Source of the DNA: a bacterium
GTDB lineage: Bacteria; Muiribacteriota; UBA6191
DNA length: 20,862 nt
NCBI GenBank assembly: GCA_036339875.1
Contig: JAYZAC010000020.1
Coordinates: 1-20,862, forward strand
Direction: 5' to 3'
The notes under the pieces are model-generated. The model had not been told where the DNA came from. It saw nothing but the letters and a program-made list of their open reading frames with translations, and made no database searches. The position numbers were made by a program, and so were the translations under genes. Position 1 is the stretch's first letter. Every line of letters starts with the position of its first letter. Below are positions 1 to 8,900 of this stretch, one piece after another.

Positions 1-537
1 TTGCCTCAAGAAACGTCTAACGAATCAATAACTTTACAAGGTCATACACATCCTGGCTTGACTTTGGAAGTCATAAATGAAAAGACTCTAGATAAAATTC
101 AAGTACAAGCTGATTACAAAGGATTTTTCAAATTTGAACCACTAGGGCTTCATTTAGGAGATAACCCTATTACTTGGCGTGTAGCTGATCAATTTTACGC
201 AGAACCAGCTGGCAGACAAATTGACGTTCCTCATTTCAACTCTTCAAATGCACGCTACAAACCCGGAACTCTTGAGAAAATTTGGCATTTCATTTACAAA
301 GTAATATTTCCAATACTCACAACTCCTCTGCTACATTTTGGTGGCGGATATTTTCAAGGACTTATTATCAATTGGTGGGACACTTTTCCTTTAGTCACTG
401 ACGAACCAGGCATCCCTGCCCCTCTACGCGATGTTGGATTCTACTTCGTAATTTTAACTTGCATGTTCAACCTACTCATCCTATTTGACGGCTTTGACAC
501 TACTTTCAATAAAGAAAATCGAGAAGGAAAGTTTTAA
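1..537 (+). CDS. Hypothetical membrane protein with Ig-like beta segment, probably 5'-truncated by the window edge
   Basis: Frame is open from base 1. SITLQGHTHPG...VQADYKGFFKF...LHLGDNPITWRVAD resembles bacterial Ig-like beta-sandwich segments and is followed by hydrophobic helices. The stop overlaps the next ATG (TAATG). Confidence 0.6.
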   Translation: MPQETSNESITLQGHTHPGLTLEVINEKTLDKIQVQADYKGFFKFEPLGLHLGDNPITWRVADQFYAEPAGRQIDVPHFNSSNARYKPGTLEKIWHFIYKVIFPILTTPLLHFGGGYFQGLIINWWDTFPLVTDEPGIPAPLRDVGFYFVILTCMFNLLILFDGFDTTFNKENREGKF

Positions 538-734
538 TGTTCACGCTGCAAGTCGTCCTTAGCTCATTTTTAATTCTAAGTTGCCTACTCTTCTCTGTAA
601 TATATTGCCTGATAGATAACCATTCGAAAATGCATAGTTACCGTGATTTTTTTCAGAATATGAAGTTATACTTAGCGGGCTTCATTGGATGCGCCTTACT
701 TCTAAATGTTTTACAAGGAATTTTCGGTCAATGA
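537..734 (+). CDS. Small two-TM hypothetical membrane protein (65 aa)
   Basis: Two hydrophobic stretches. Translationally coupled at both ends (TAATG at 535-539, ATGA at 731-734). Confidence 0.65.
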   Translation: MFTLQVVLSSFLILSCLLFSVIYCLIDNHSKMHSYRDFFQNMKLYLAGFIGCALLLNVLQGIFGQ

Positions 735-1003
735 AACAGCAGGTTTATTTAACTATTATAGGTAAGAATGAGGTTGGAATCATTGCTTCTGTGAGTAACT
801 GCTTACTGAATTATAGGATATCCATTCAAGATATTACTCAAAAAATACTTGATGAAAAGTTTGTATTATTTATGGTGCTAGAGTGCAAATCTCACCTTGA
901 TGTTCATAATTTACAAACGCATTTGGAGGAGGCCGTTCGACAATTTAAGGTTAAAATCATGTTGGCACAGGAGGATCTTTTTAACTCCATGCACCGAATA
1001 TAG
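731..1003 (+). CDS. ACT-domain protein (UPF0237-like)
   Basis: LTIIGKNEVGIIASVS...ISIQDITQKI...FVLFM...QEDLFNSMHRI is typical of the stand-alone ACT protein found upstream of UPF0210 genes. Start placed at ATG 731, which overlaps the upstream stop. Confidence 0.88.
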   Translation: MKQQVYLTIIGKNEVGIIASVSNCLLNYRISIQDITQKILDEKFVLFMVLECKSHLDVHNLQTHLEEAVRQFKVKIMLAQEDLFNSMHRI

Positions 1004-1011
1004 GCTTCTTG

Positions 1012-2376
1012 ATGACTTTTCAGTTAGGAGAAATATTAGAGTCGATATCTTTTGTTAGTCAGGACCACTTCGATATTCGAACAGTTACCATGGGATTAAG
1101 CCTTAGGGAATGTCAAGGAGCAAGTGATCATCGTATTGCTAACTGTGTTTATGATCATATTATGCGGGCAGCCGAATCACTAGTCCCGGAAGTTGATAAA
1201 GTTAGTCAGCGTTTCAATGTTCCAGTTGCCAATAAACGTATCTCATTGACGCCAGTAGCCTTATTATGTGATGGACGAAACTCGTCAATTCCCCTAAAAA
1301 TTGCGCAAGCAATAGATCGCTCTGCTGAAACACTAGGGATAGACTTTATTGGCGGTTACTCCGCAATTGTTGACCGAGGAATAAGTCCCGGAGAAAGAAA
1401 TCTTATAGACAGCTTACCAGAAGCCTTAAGCAGCACTAAAAGACTTTGTGGCTCCTTTAATGTTGCTACAACGAGAAGCGGCCTTAATGTAGATGCAATT
1501 TCCTTAATTGCAGAAAAAATGCTAGAACTGGCCAAAGCCACTATTAATCAAGATGCCATCGGATGCGCTAAATTAGTCGTATTTGCAAATGCTGTTGAGG
1601 ATAATCCTTTCATGGCTGGCGCATTTCACGGGGTATCAATGGGAGAAAGATGTATCTCAGTTGGTATCTCTGGACCGGGGGTCGTCGCCCAAGCATTACG
1701 CGATGCAGGTCCTGAACTGAATTTACAGGATTTAGCCGAAGTTATTAAAAAAACCTCCTTTAAAATGACGCGAGTAGGCGAACTTTTTCTCCGAGAATGT
1801 TCAACTGCACTGAATGCAGAAAGAGGCATAATTGACGTATCTCTTGCACCAACTCCTCTTCCAGGTGATAGTGTGGGTGAAGTTCTGGAATTAGTTGGTT
1901 TAGAACGTGTGGGTGCTCATGGAACAACGCTGGCCCTTGCCCTTGTGAATGATGCAATTAAAAAGGGCGGAATGATGGCAGCCTCAAGAGTTGGAGGAAT
2001 GAGTGGAGCTTTCATACCTTTAAGTGAAGATGCCAATATGATTGAATCTGCTGAACTGGGTCATCTGAGTCTATCTAAACTCGAAGCAATAACCTGCGTT
2101 TGTTCAGTAGGTCTGGATATGATAGCTATACCTGGTGACATACCTACTTCGACTCTAGCTGCTATAATTGCTGATGAAGCTGCACTAGGAATGGTTAATT
2201 CTAAAACTACCGGTGTTAGAATAATACCTGTACCGGGTAAAAAAGCTGGCGAATGGGCTCGTTTTGGAGGACTTCTCGGTGAAACACCCATATTACCGGT
2301 CAGCTCTCTTTCATCTGAAGGTATATTTAGAAGAGGTGGTTTTGTGCCAACGCCTTGCCAAGGTTTTAGGAACTAA
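1012..2376 (+). CDS. UPF0210/DUF711 (PFL-like fold) family protein
   Basis: Motifs DIRTVTMGLSL, NKRISLTP, CAKLVVFANAVEDNPFMAGAFHG, VGISGPGVV, DVSLAPTP, SGAFIPLSED, KLEAITCVCSVGLDMIAIPGD, KTTGVRIIP and FGGLLG. Adjacent to the ACT gene. Start is ATG 1012 or TTG 1009. Confidence 0.93.
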   Translation: MTFQLGEILESISFVSQDHFDIRTVTMGLSLRECQGASDHRIANCVYDHIMRAAESLVPEVDKVSQRFNVPVANKRISLTPVALLCDGRNSSIPLKIAQAIDRSAETLGIDFIGGYSAIVDRGISPGERNLIDSLPEALSSTKRLCGSFNVATTRSGLNVDAISLIAEKMLELAKATINQDAIGCAKLVVFANAVEDNPFMAGAFHGVSMGERCISVGISGPGVVAQALRDAGPELNLQDLAEVIKKTSFKMTRVGELFLRECSTALNAERGIIDVSLAPTPLPGDSVGEVLELVGLERVGAHGTTLALALVNDAIKKGGMMAASRVGGMSGAFIPLSEDANMIESAELGHLSLSKLEAITCVCSVGLDMIAIPGDIPTSTLAAIIADEAALGMVNSKTTGVRIIPVPGKKAGEWARFGGLLGETPILPVSSLSSEGIFRRGGFVPTPCQGFRN

Positions 2377-2377
2377 A

Positions 2378-3475
2378 ATGAGATTTCCGAGACTGTTAGA
2401 TCGCTACATTCTTGGGGAGATCAAAAAACCATTAATCTTTTCATTTTTCATCTTTGCGAGTCTTTGGATAATTAATCTACTTATTCGCGTATTAAATTTG
2501 GCTATTAGTAAAGGTATTGGCTGGGAGGCCTTATTCAAACTCGTTATCTACTATCTGCCTACTGTTATAGTAACAAGTGCACCCATGGCTGTATTGATGG
2601 GTTGCATGTTAGGAATGACTCGTTTAAACAACGATAGTGAAATAATTGCCCTAAAAGCAGCAGGCTTAAGCCCACTCCGTCTAATATATCCTCTGCTTCT
2701 AATTGGCCTAAGTGTTTCTTTAGTTATATTTTTCTTAAACGAGAAGATAGTACCTGTAGCAAAGTTCCTTTCACAGCAAACATATATTAACGAAATAACG
2801 TTGAAGAAGCCATTACCTAAAGTAGCAAAAAATATGTTTTTCGATGGAGGTAGTAAATTCAAACTATATGTTCGAGACTATGACCAGAAAACAAACTCAA
2901 TGCTTGATGTAAGTATGTTTCAATTCAATAAAAATAACTATCCGAGCCTAACCCAGGCTAGTCACGCTAATATCCAAAATGGCAATCTGTGGGTATTTAA
3001 GGACGGAAAAACTATATATTTCGATAGTGATGGATCCGTTAAGTATCAAGTAAGGTTCGCCACATGGTCTTATCCAATTAGCGATCGTTACGCTAACCAT
3101 GTAGTTAGAAATCCTGAAAATAAAAGTCCCTCTGAAATGAATATGGCGGAGTTAAGTGAGATAATTAACAGGCGCAACAAGCGAGGTCTTAGCACCCGTG
3201 AATTTGAGACACAAATGTACTTTCGAAGCGCATTTCCATTCGCAAGTTTTTTTATGGTACTCGTCGGCGTACCATTAGCTATGAAGCATGCACGAGGTGG
3301 TAAATCTAATGGATTTGGTATCAGTATATTTATAATGATTATCTATTATATCCTTCTTTCTACAGGTAAAAGTTTGGGCGGAAACGGCACCTTAAATCCA
3401 TTGATGAGCAATTGGGTCCCAAACTGTGCATGCCTTTTACTTGGCCTATGGTTTTTACGGCGAAGTCGCGTTTAA
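2378..3475 (+). CDS. lptF: LptF/LptG family LPS export ABC transporter permease
   Basis: N-terminal LLDRYIL, PMAVLMG...RLNNDSEIIALKAAGLS, three TMs, a periplasmic beta-rich domain, then PFASFFMVLVGVPL and WVPN. Start placed at ATG 2378, just after the upstream stop. LptF versus LptG is not firmly resolved. Confidence 0.88.
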   Translation: MRFPRLLDRYILGEIKKPLIFSFFIFASLWIINLLIRVLNLAISKGIGWEALFKLVIYYLPTVIVTSAPMAVLMGCMLGMTRLNNDSEIIALKAAGLSPLRLIYPLLLIGLSVSLVIFFLNEKIVPVAKFLSQQTYINEITLKKPLPKVAKNMFFDGGSKFKLYVRDYDQKTNSMLDVSMFQFNKNNYPSLTQASHANIQNGNLWVFKDGKTIYFDSDGSVKYQVRFATWSYPISDRYANHVVRNPENKSPSEMNMAELSEIINRRNKRGLSTREFETQMYFRSAFPFASFFMVLVGVPLAMKHARGGKSNGFGISIFIMIIYYILLSTGKSLGGNGTLNPLMSNWVPNCACLLLGLWFLRRSRV

Positions 3476-3489
3476 ATGCATACTTCATC

Positions 3490-4098
3490 ATGAATCTAAC
3501 AATTCATAACTTTGTTAAAAATAAATATAACGAAACATTTCAATCCTCACCAATTGAATATGACTTCTTGGACACCCAACTTGGCATATTAAATATAGCT
3601 TATAATTCCATGGGGATCTGTCATTTAAGCTTTGAAATGTCTCAAAATAAACTAATTAAACAACTGAAATATGAATGGCCAAAATCATCTATTAAAAATA
3701 ATCCGATCGCTATCGATCTCAAAAATAGAATTTTACAATACTTAGATCATCAGTTGATCGAAAAACAATCAAAAATTTCCTCAAATAATGCAATTTCAAT
3801 AGTACTTAAAGGAACTATTTTTCAAATTCAAGTCTGGCGACAACTAACGAGAATACCCATCGGAATGATCTCTAATTATAGCCAAATAGCTAAGGATCTC
3901 AACATACCTAGAGCCACTCGGGCAATTAGTAACGCTATTGCTATCAATCCGATAGCTATCTTAATCCCTTGTCACAGAGTGATTCGTAAAGACGGTCATT
4001 TAGGAGGATATCGTTGGGGCAATTACAACAAAATAAGACTATTAAAGTTAGAAAACCAGCAATTTAATGTACCAGTCCAAGCCTGCCGAAGACTGTAG
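3490..4098 (+). CDS. ogt: Methylated-DNA--protein-cysteine S-methyltransferase (Ogt/AdaB type)
   Basis: GTIFQIQVW...IPIG...YSQIA...RAISNAIAINPIAILIPCHRVIRKDGHLGGYRWG contains the PCHRV active site. Start placed at ATG 3490. Confidence 0.92.
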   Translation: MNLTIHNFVKNKYNETFQSSPIEYDFLDTQLGILNIAYNSMGICHLSFEMSQNKLIKQLKYEWPKSSIKNNPIAIDLKNRILQYLDHQLIEKQSKISSNNAISIVLKGTIFQIQVWRQLTRIPIGMISNYSQIAKDLNIPRATRAISNAIAINPIAILIPCHRVIRKDGHLGGYRWGNYNKIRLLKLENQQFNVPVQACRRL

Positions 4099-4834
4099 AC
4101 CAAAAACTCTGAAGTAAGTCGACTCCATTAAATAATTCTCTTGGATGCTTACGAATTTGATCTTTGTAATCAGATTTGAGAGCTAGCCTTTTAAGATCAC
4201 TATAATCCAGTAATCCAACTTTTACATCTTGTATAACACCCCTGCTATCAACAAAAAATAAAGTTGGCAATCTAGTAACCTCCAACAAAGGTTCAGCCGT
4301 TTGATTAAGTCTACCAACGGTATATTGAATGGAATATTTGTCTCGCGCATGTTTAATAGTATTCATACCTTCAGAACTAATCCCTAAGACCGTTACCTTA
4401 GGATTCCTATTTAATGAATTCAAGTGGGGAATTTTACTTACGCATGGTGCACACCAACTAGCCCAATATGCAACGATGACTTTTTGCTCTCTGAAATTTT
4501 CAAAATTTAACAATTCGCCTTCAGGGGTTTTAATAGAAAATGAAGCTAACTGAACACCCTGCCATCTAGCATGCAATGGATCTTCTGATCCATACATAAA
4601 GCCTGCATAAATAGTGAAAATAAAAATTAATAGACAGTGTAAAATCCCCATCCCGCCAAGAATAAATCCGACCAAAGATAAGAATCGAGACCTATAATCT
4701 ATGTACAGAGCATATGATAAAGTACAGCATAAAACCGCTGGAATTATACCAATTACCAGAAAACTCAAGGGTATTGATATCAAACCAAGAAAATATGAAA
4801 GGAACACCTTGAACCATAAACTCTTTTCACTCAT
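4064..4834 (-). CDS. Membrane-anchored TlpA/redoxin family thiol-disulfide oxidoreductase with DUF4190-like N-terminal TM region
   Basis: VIVAYWASWCAPC (CxxC) and LPTLFFVDSRGVI cis-Pro loop. N-terminal hydrophobic helices (LGLISIPL...SLVGFILGG). Confidence 0.85.
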   Translation of the reverse strand: MSEKSLWFKVFLSYFLGLISIPLSFLVIGIIPAVLCCTLSYALYIDYRSRFLSLVGFILGGMGILHCLLIFIFTIYAGFMYGSEDPLHARWQGVQLASFSIKTPEGELLNFENFREQKVIVAYWASWCAPCVSKIPHLNSLNRNPKVTVLGISSEGMNTIKHARDKYSIQYTVGRLNQTAEPLLEVTRLPTLFFVDSRGVIQDVKVGLLDYSDLKRLALKSDYKDQIRKHPRELFNGVDLLQSFWSTVFGRLGLVH

Positions 4835-4858
4835 AAATAAATACTAACACCAAAATAG

Positions 4859-4892
4859 AAAAAAAGGGCTGATCGACTTAGGATCAACCCTT
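4859..4892 (-). terminator. Rho-independent terminator after the outer-membrane protein gene
   Basis: The minus strand reads AAGGGTTGATC-CTAAGTC-GATCAGCCCTT-TTTTT: an 11-bp stem with one G-U pair followed by a U tract, about 35 nt after the stop at 4927. Confidence 0.8.
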
Positions 4893-4926
4893 AATAATGG
4901 GGGGAAAAGTAAATCTACTAAATTAA

Positions 4927-6366
4927 TTAAAATCCACGCTCAAGTGCAATACGATATCCACTGTGTTCGATATCAACTTCATCATCATCTGATTTAGCAT
5001 CTAGAGAATACCCTTTTAAGCCCATTGAAATTCGCCAATCATCGACACTTTCCGGACGAAAGTAATATTTGGCGCCCAAATCATACTCCGTTAGACTCGT
5101 ATCACTATAACTAAAAAGTTTTGCCTGAGCATATAAGTCAATATGATCGCTCATATTCTTAATCATTTCAGCACCGAAAGTTGGTAATAATACAGGTCCG
5201 TTTATCGAAGCAGTAGTTCCTCCGTTAGCTAAACTCAAATCGAAATCTAAATACTTAACAGAAAATAGCCAGTTGATACCAAACTCTCCTCTTTCACTCC
5301 TCACCCATTCACGTCGATAAGTAAAGTCATAGTCGGAAATACTATGATCAAAAACCGCTCCTGTAGCAAAATTTTGTCCATCGAAACCTTGGAGAGTTCC
5401 TGCTATTGTAGACTGATTATCCAGGTTTAAAAACCTGAACGAGATAGCATGTTTAAATAAATCAACATCAAAACCGGCCTCTAAATATGTACCCGAACTT
5501 TCACCAATCGTAGCACTGTTCGTACCATCAGAAATGGAACCGTCCATATCTGCAGCAATTATAGCTACATAACCATCGTTCTCATAATGAGCATCCTCAA
5601 AATGGCGCTCAACTATGGGACGTTCCTCATACACTTCAATTTCTTCCGGAACTCCAAAGGGATTCCCGTATCGAACCATTTTTCGCATACGCTTAGTTCT
5701 TACTGCGCCACGGTCTACATACATATCCTCATAAGATCTCTCATATAACTTTTGGCGCTCAACAAATGCCCAATACTTGTCTTCATTAATGTAATTGGTA
5801 AATGGTACTGCAGCAGGTGAAGCAATTTTTTCACCGGTGACCTTATTCCAAGCTGCTTTTGAAATTACCTCTCCGTAAGAATTATAAACAATTCTAAGCT
5901 TCGCTACCGTACTTTCAATCTCATCTTTAATAATTGGTTCCGCTAACACATCGAGACTAATTTTCAGGTCTTGCCCATTACGTCGATCCCAAGCATGAAT
6001 CGATATAATGTTACCTTTTTTATCATAAGAAGACTTGATGATCGTATGCTTCGTTGTTGAGGTCCTCACTATAGCTATCTCGTCGCCTATTTCAACAGGC
6101 TTATCTAGATAAGAGGTTCGATAAGGATACCAATCTCCTGTTTGAGTCTTCTTCATCATAGGTGGGGTTTTGACCCCATCCATAGTTTTACCAATGTAAA
6201 ATGGTGATGCTTTGTAATCATTACGGTGATGCTTTGCATCCTTATATTCTGCATTCTTTTCGAACATCCGATCCGATGTTCCATCCTCGAGGCTATCCGA
6301 TGCAAACAAAATGCTTGCTGAACCGGTAAGCAACAAGGTAACTATTAATTTACCTGTTTCTTTCAT
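4927..6366 (-). CDS. Exported protein with C-terminal outer-membrane beta-barrel (TIGR04219-like) and a long N-terminal soluble region
   Basis: Signal peptide (MKETGKLIVTLLLTGSASILFA). The C-terminal ~215 aa are amphipathic beta-strands ending YRIALERGF (terminal Phe beta-signal). Start at ATG 6366 is favoured by the AAAGGGG RBS; 6384 is the alternative. Confidence 0.7.
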   Translation of the reverse strand: MKETGKLIVTLLLTGSASILFASDSLEDGTSDRMFEKNAEYKDAKHHRNDYKASPFYIGKTMDGVKTPPMMKKTQTGDWYPYRTSYLDKPVEIGDEIAIVRTSTTKHTIIKSSYDKKGNIISIHAWDRRNGQDLKISLDVLAEPIIKDEIESTVAKLRIVYNSYGEVISKAAWNKVTGEKIASPAAVPFTNYINEDKYWAFVERQKLYERSYEDMYVDRGAVRTKRMRKMVRYGNPFGVPEEIEVYEERPIVERHFEDAHYENDGYVAIIAADMDGSISDGTNSATIGESSGTYLEAGFDVDLFKHAISFRFLNLDNQSTIAGTLQGFDGQNFATGAVFDHSISDYDFTYRREWVRSERGEFGINWLFSVKYLDFDLSLANGGTTASINGPVLLPTFGAEMIKNMSDHIDLYAQAKLFSYSDTSLTEYDLGAKYYFRPESVDDWRISMGLKGYSLDAKSDDDEVDIEHSGYRIALERGF

Positions 6367-6401
6367 TACTTTCCCCTTTACCATAAATTTTAATTTATTA
6401 T

Positions 6402-8108
6402 TTATCCGGTAACTTTACGTACCTGCTTCATATCAGTAAATCCTTGAATAACTTTCAGCAAAGCGTCCTCCTTCAAACTAATGTAGCCAGACTGCCTTGC
6501 TGCTGCCACAAGCTCTAGAGGCGTTCCACCCTGTGTAATTATTTCTTGAATGTCTATGGAGTTTTGTAGAATTTCATGAATTCCGAGACGACCAATATAA
6601 CCACTCCCCAAACAATAACTACATCCTTTACCTTCATAGACGGATTGAGTTTTTAATTTGTAGCGATTAGCGAAGTCCTGTAATTCTGGATCCAGTGCCA
6701 CAGGTATGCGACATTTTACGCATAATCTTCGTACCAATCTCTGTGCAATAGATCCAATTAAAACTGAACTGACTAGAAATTTATCTACACCAATCTCCGT
6801 TAATCTCATTATTGAACTAGCTGAGTCGTTAGAATGTAAAGTACTCATAACATAATGCCCAGTCATAGCAGCTTCACAGGCTATTTTAGCTGTTTCAGAA
6901 TCTCGGATTTCACCTACTAAAATAATATCTGGAGCTTGTCTAAGAATCGATCGCAGCAAAGAGGCAAAAGTTAAACCAACTTCAGAGTTAACTTGAGCTT
7001 GAGAATAATAAGGTATTTCATATTCGACTGGGTCCTCAACGGTAACAACAGACTTTGTTGGATTGTACATATATGCCAAACTTGCATACAATGAAGTTGT
7101 TTTTCCAGAGCCCGTCGGTCCCGTGACTAGCATAAGACCATGGGGCTTATTGAGAAGAGTCGTTAGAAGACGCATGGAATAATTTGAAAGACCTGCATTT
7201 TTCAAACTGACGTCTAATCTATCCTTGAATAGTACTCTTAGAACTACTTTTTCTCCATCGATTGTAGGCAATACTGATACTCGACAATCGATCATCTTAT
7301 CTTTCAATCTACCTTTAAATCTGCCATCTTGTGGCAATCGTTTTTCTGATATATCAAGATTTGCCATCGTCTTTAAGCGAGCAACTACTTTCTCCTTATG
7401 CTTATCAAATTCAGCAGGAAATTTGAATGCATCCTGTACAATTCCATCGATTCTATAGCGCACTTTCAAAGTATCATCTTTAGGCTCGATATAAATATCC
7501 GTAGCTTTACGCTTTATCCCTGTTCTAAGAATAATGTTGGTAAAAGCAATGATAGGCGTCGTCGCCTCCTCAACATCATGGACTGTATCATGTAGAGGGT
7601 TTGCCTTATCAACTGGCTCAGCTTGTAATGCGTCTAAAAGAGGCAAAAACTCCTTCATTCGCTCTTTGTAAGCTTCAATCGCAGACTTTATTGAATCCTC
7701 GGTAGTTGCATGTATCTCAACTCTTTTACCCGTACGATGAGAAACTTCATCTGCAATAAAATTAAGATTTAATGGATCACTATGAACTACGACTAATGTA
7801 TTCCCAATCAGATCTATGGGGAGAACGTTATTTGATAAAATATAATCTTCTGGTAGAGCTATGTAAGCGGATGGAGATATTTCGACTCCAGCCATCGATT
7901 TCATAGATAGGTCTTGCTGCCAACACAAACATTCTAGAATATTCTCTTCGGTAACTATTCCCAAAGCAATTAACTGCTCTCCTAGTCTGAGCCCAGTTTC
8001 CTTCTGCTGCTTAAATGCTTGTTGTAATTGTTGAGGCGTCACAAACTTTTTGTGCAATAGCACATCCCCCAACCTCATTTTAGATTTATCGATTTGATCT
8101 TCTGCCAT
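6402..8108 (-). CDS. pilB: GspE/PilB family type II secretion / type IV pilus assembly ATPase with N-terminal MshEN c-di-GMP-binding domain
   Basis: Walker A GPTGSGKTT, Asp box TVEDPVEY, Walker B LVGEIRD, His box TGHYVMSTLH, RLPQDGR, tetracysteine CVKC/CSYC, and a tandem RLG..Q motif at the N-terminus. Start at ATG 8108 (AAGGGGTG RBS); GTG 8120 is the alternative. Confidence 0.93.
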   Translation of the reverse strand: MAEDQIDKSKMRLGDVLLHKKFVTPQQLQQAFKQQKETGLRLGEQLIALGIVTEENILECLCWQQDLSMKSMAGVEISPSAYIALPEDYILSNNVLPIDLIGNTLVVVHSDPLNLNFIADEVSHRTGKRVEIHATTEDSIKSAIEAYKERMKEFLPLLDALQAEPVDKANPLHDTVHDVEEATTPIIAFTNIILRTGIKRKATDIYIEPKDDTLKVRYRIDGIVQDAFKFPAEFDKHKEKVVARLKTMANLDISEKRLPQDGRFKGRLKDKMIDCRVSVLPTIDGEKVVLRVLFKDRLDVSLKNAGLSNYSMRLLTTLLNKPHGLMLVTGPTGSGKTTSLYASLAYMYNPTKSVVTVEDPVEYEIPYYSQAQVNSEVGLTFASLLRSILRQAPDIILVGEIRDSETAKIACEAAMTGHYVMSTLHSNDSASSIMRLTEIGVDKFLVSSVLIGSIAQRLVRRLCVKCRIPVALDPELQDFANRYKLKTQSVYEGKGCSYCLGSGYIGRLGIHEILQNSIDIQEIITQGGTPLELVAAARQSGYISLKEDALLKVIQGFTDMKQVRKVTG

Positions 8109-8254
8109 GGCAGTATTCACCCCTTGATGAATAAATTTATGTGCAGAATCGACCTAGTGAGTCGCTGGGATTAGGTATTTTTTTGTGGCTAAATATTTGT
8201 TCTCAGGAAACTAAACAAAAGCTCACTCAAGCATTTTTCTTTTGTATGAAGTTA

Positions 8255-8899
8255 CTAATTCTGGATACTTTCAGGTACCTTTATCAAAGGAAGCTTTCCA
8301 TAAGGTATTGGTAAGAAAACTTTCTTGAAAAGATGAATTGGATTCTTGGGAGAATCAATTTTAATACTTATCCTGATGAGTGGAATTTTATCTGGCTTAG
8401 AACGCTTTGAGTCATAAACTTCATAAAAACTTTTCTCAAGTCTCCAAGCAGAAAAAACATTAGGTGCCAAATATTTTGATCGAATCTGACTCGGTAACTT
8501 TCGCCATTTCTCAGTACCAACTTTTCGTTCAAATATATAATAGTCACTATCATCTTTTCTAACTCTAATCTCAACCTTCTCTACCATTAACTTATTTAAG
8601 TCTGAAACTGGGTCCCTCTTGTTTGGGTCAGATTCAAAATAAAACCTATGAAATTCAATATAATCACTTTTCAGGCGAATTATATTTCTGACGGATCGCA
8701 AATCTTTACTTATTACCTCAAGAGTATTCTGGGCATCTAGCACTCTTATAATCGTATCTGAACCCTTATAGTACGTACGCGATAAATTTATATAAAAAGT
8801 GTAGATAATTCCGGCAACCATTATCATAATCGTAGCCACAATTAAAAGTTCAATTAAAGTAAACGCTCTGTCTGCTTGTCTTTTAACCAAATGAATCAT
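8255..8899 (-). CDS. Prepilin-type N-terminal cleavage/methylation domain protein (minor pilin/pseudopilin-like)
   Basis: Short basic leader, then RA|FTLIELLIVATIMIMVAGII: class III signal peptide with Glu+5, and Ala rather than Gly at -1. Confidence 0.88.
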   Translation of the reverse strand: MIHLVKRQADRAFTLIELLIVATIMIMVAGIIYTFYINLSRTYYKGSDTIIRVLDAQNTLEVISKDLRSVRNIIRLKSDYIEFHRFYFESDPNKRDPVSDLNKLMVEKVEIRVRKDDSDYYIFERKVGTEKWRKLPSQIRSKYLAPNVFSAWRLEKSFYEVYDSKRSKPDKIPLIRISIKIDSPKNPIHLFKKVFLPIPYGKLPLIKVPESIQN

Positions 8900-8900
8900 A

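Noticed and set aside
2264..2377. Upstream extension of the LptF/G ORF (likewise 689-730 for ACT and 3412-3489 for ogt)
   Set aside because: The extensions overlap upstream genes, and family-typical N-termini begin at the downstream ATGs.
1356..2862. Several short minus-strand ORFs (1356-1541, 1626-1829, 1760-1957, 2061-2291, 2551-2862)
   Set aside because: All are antisense to well-supported UPF0210 and LptF/G genes and show no recognisable motifs.
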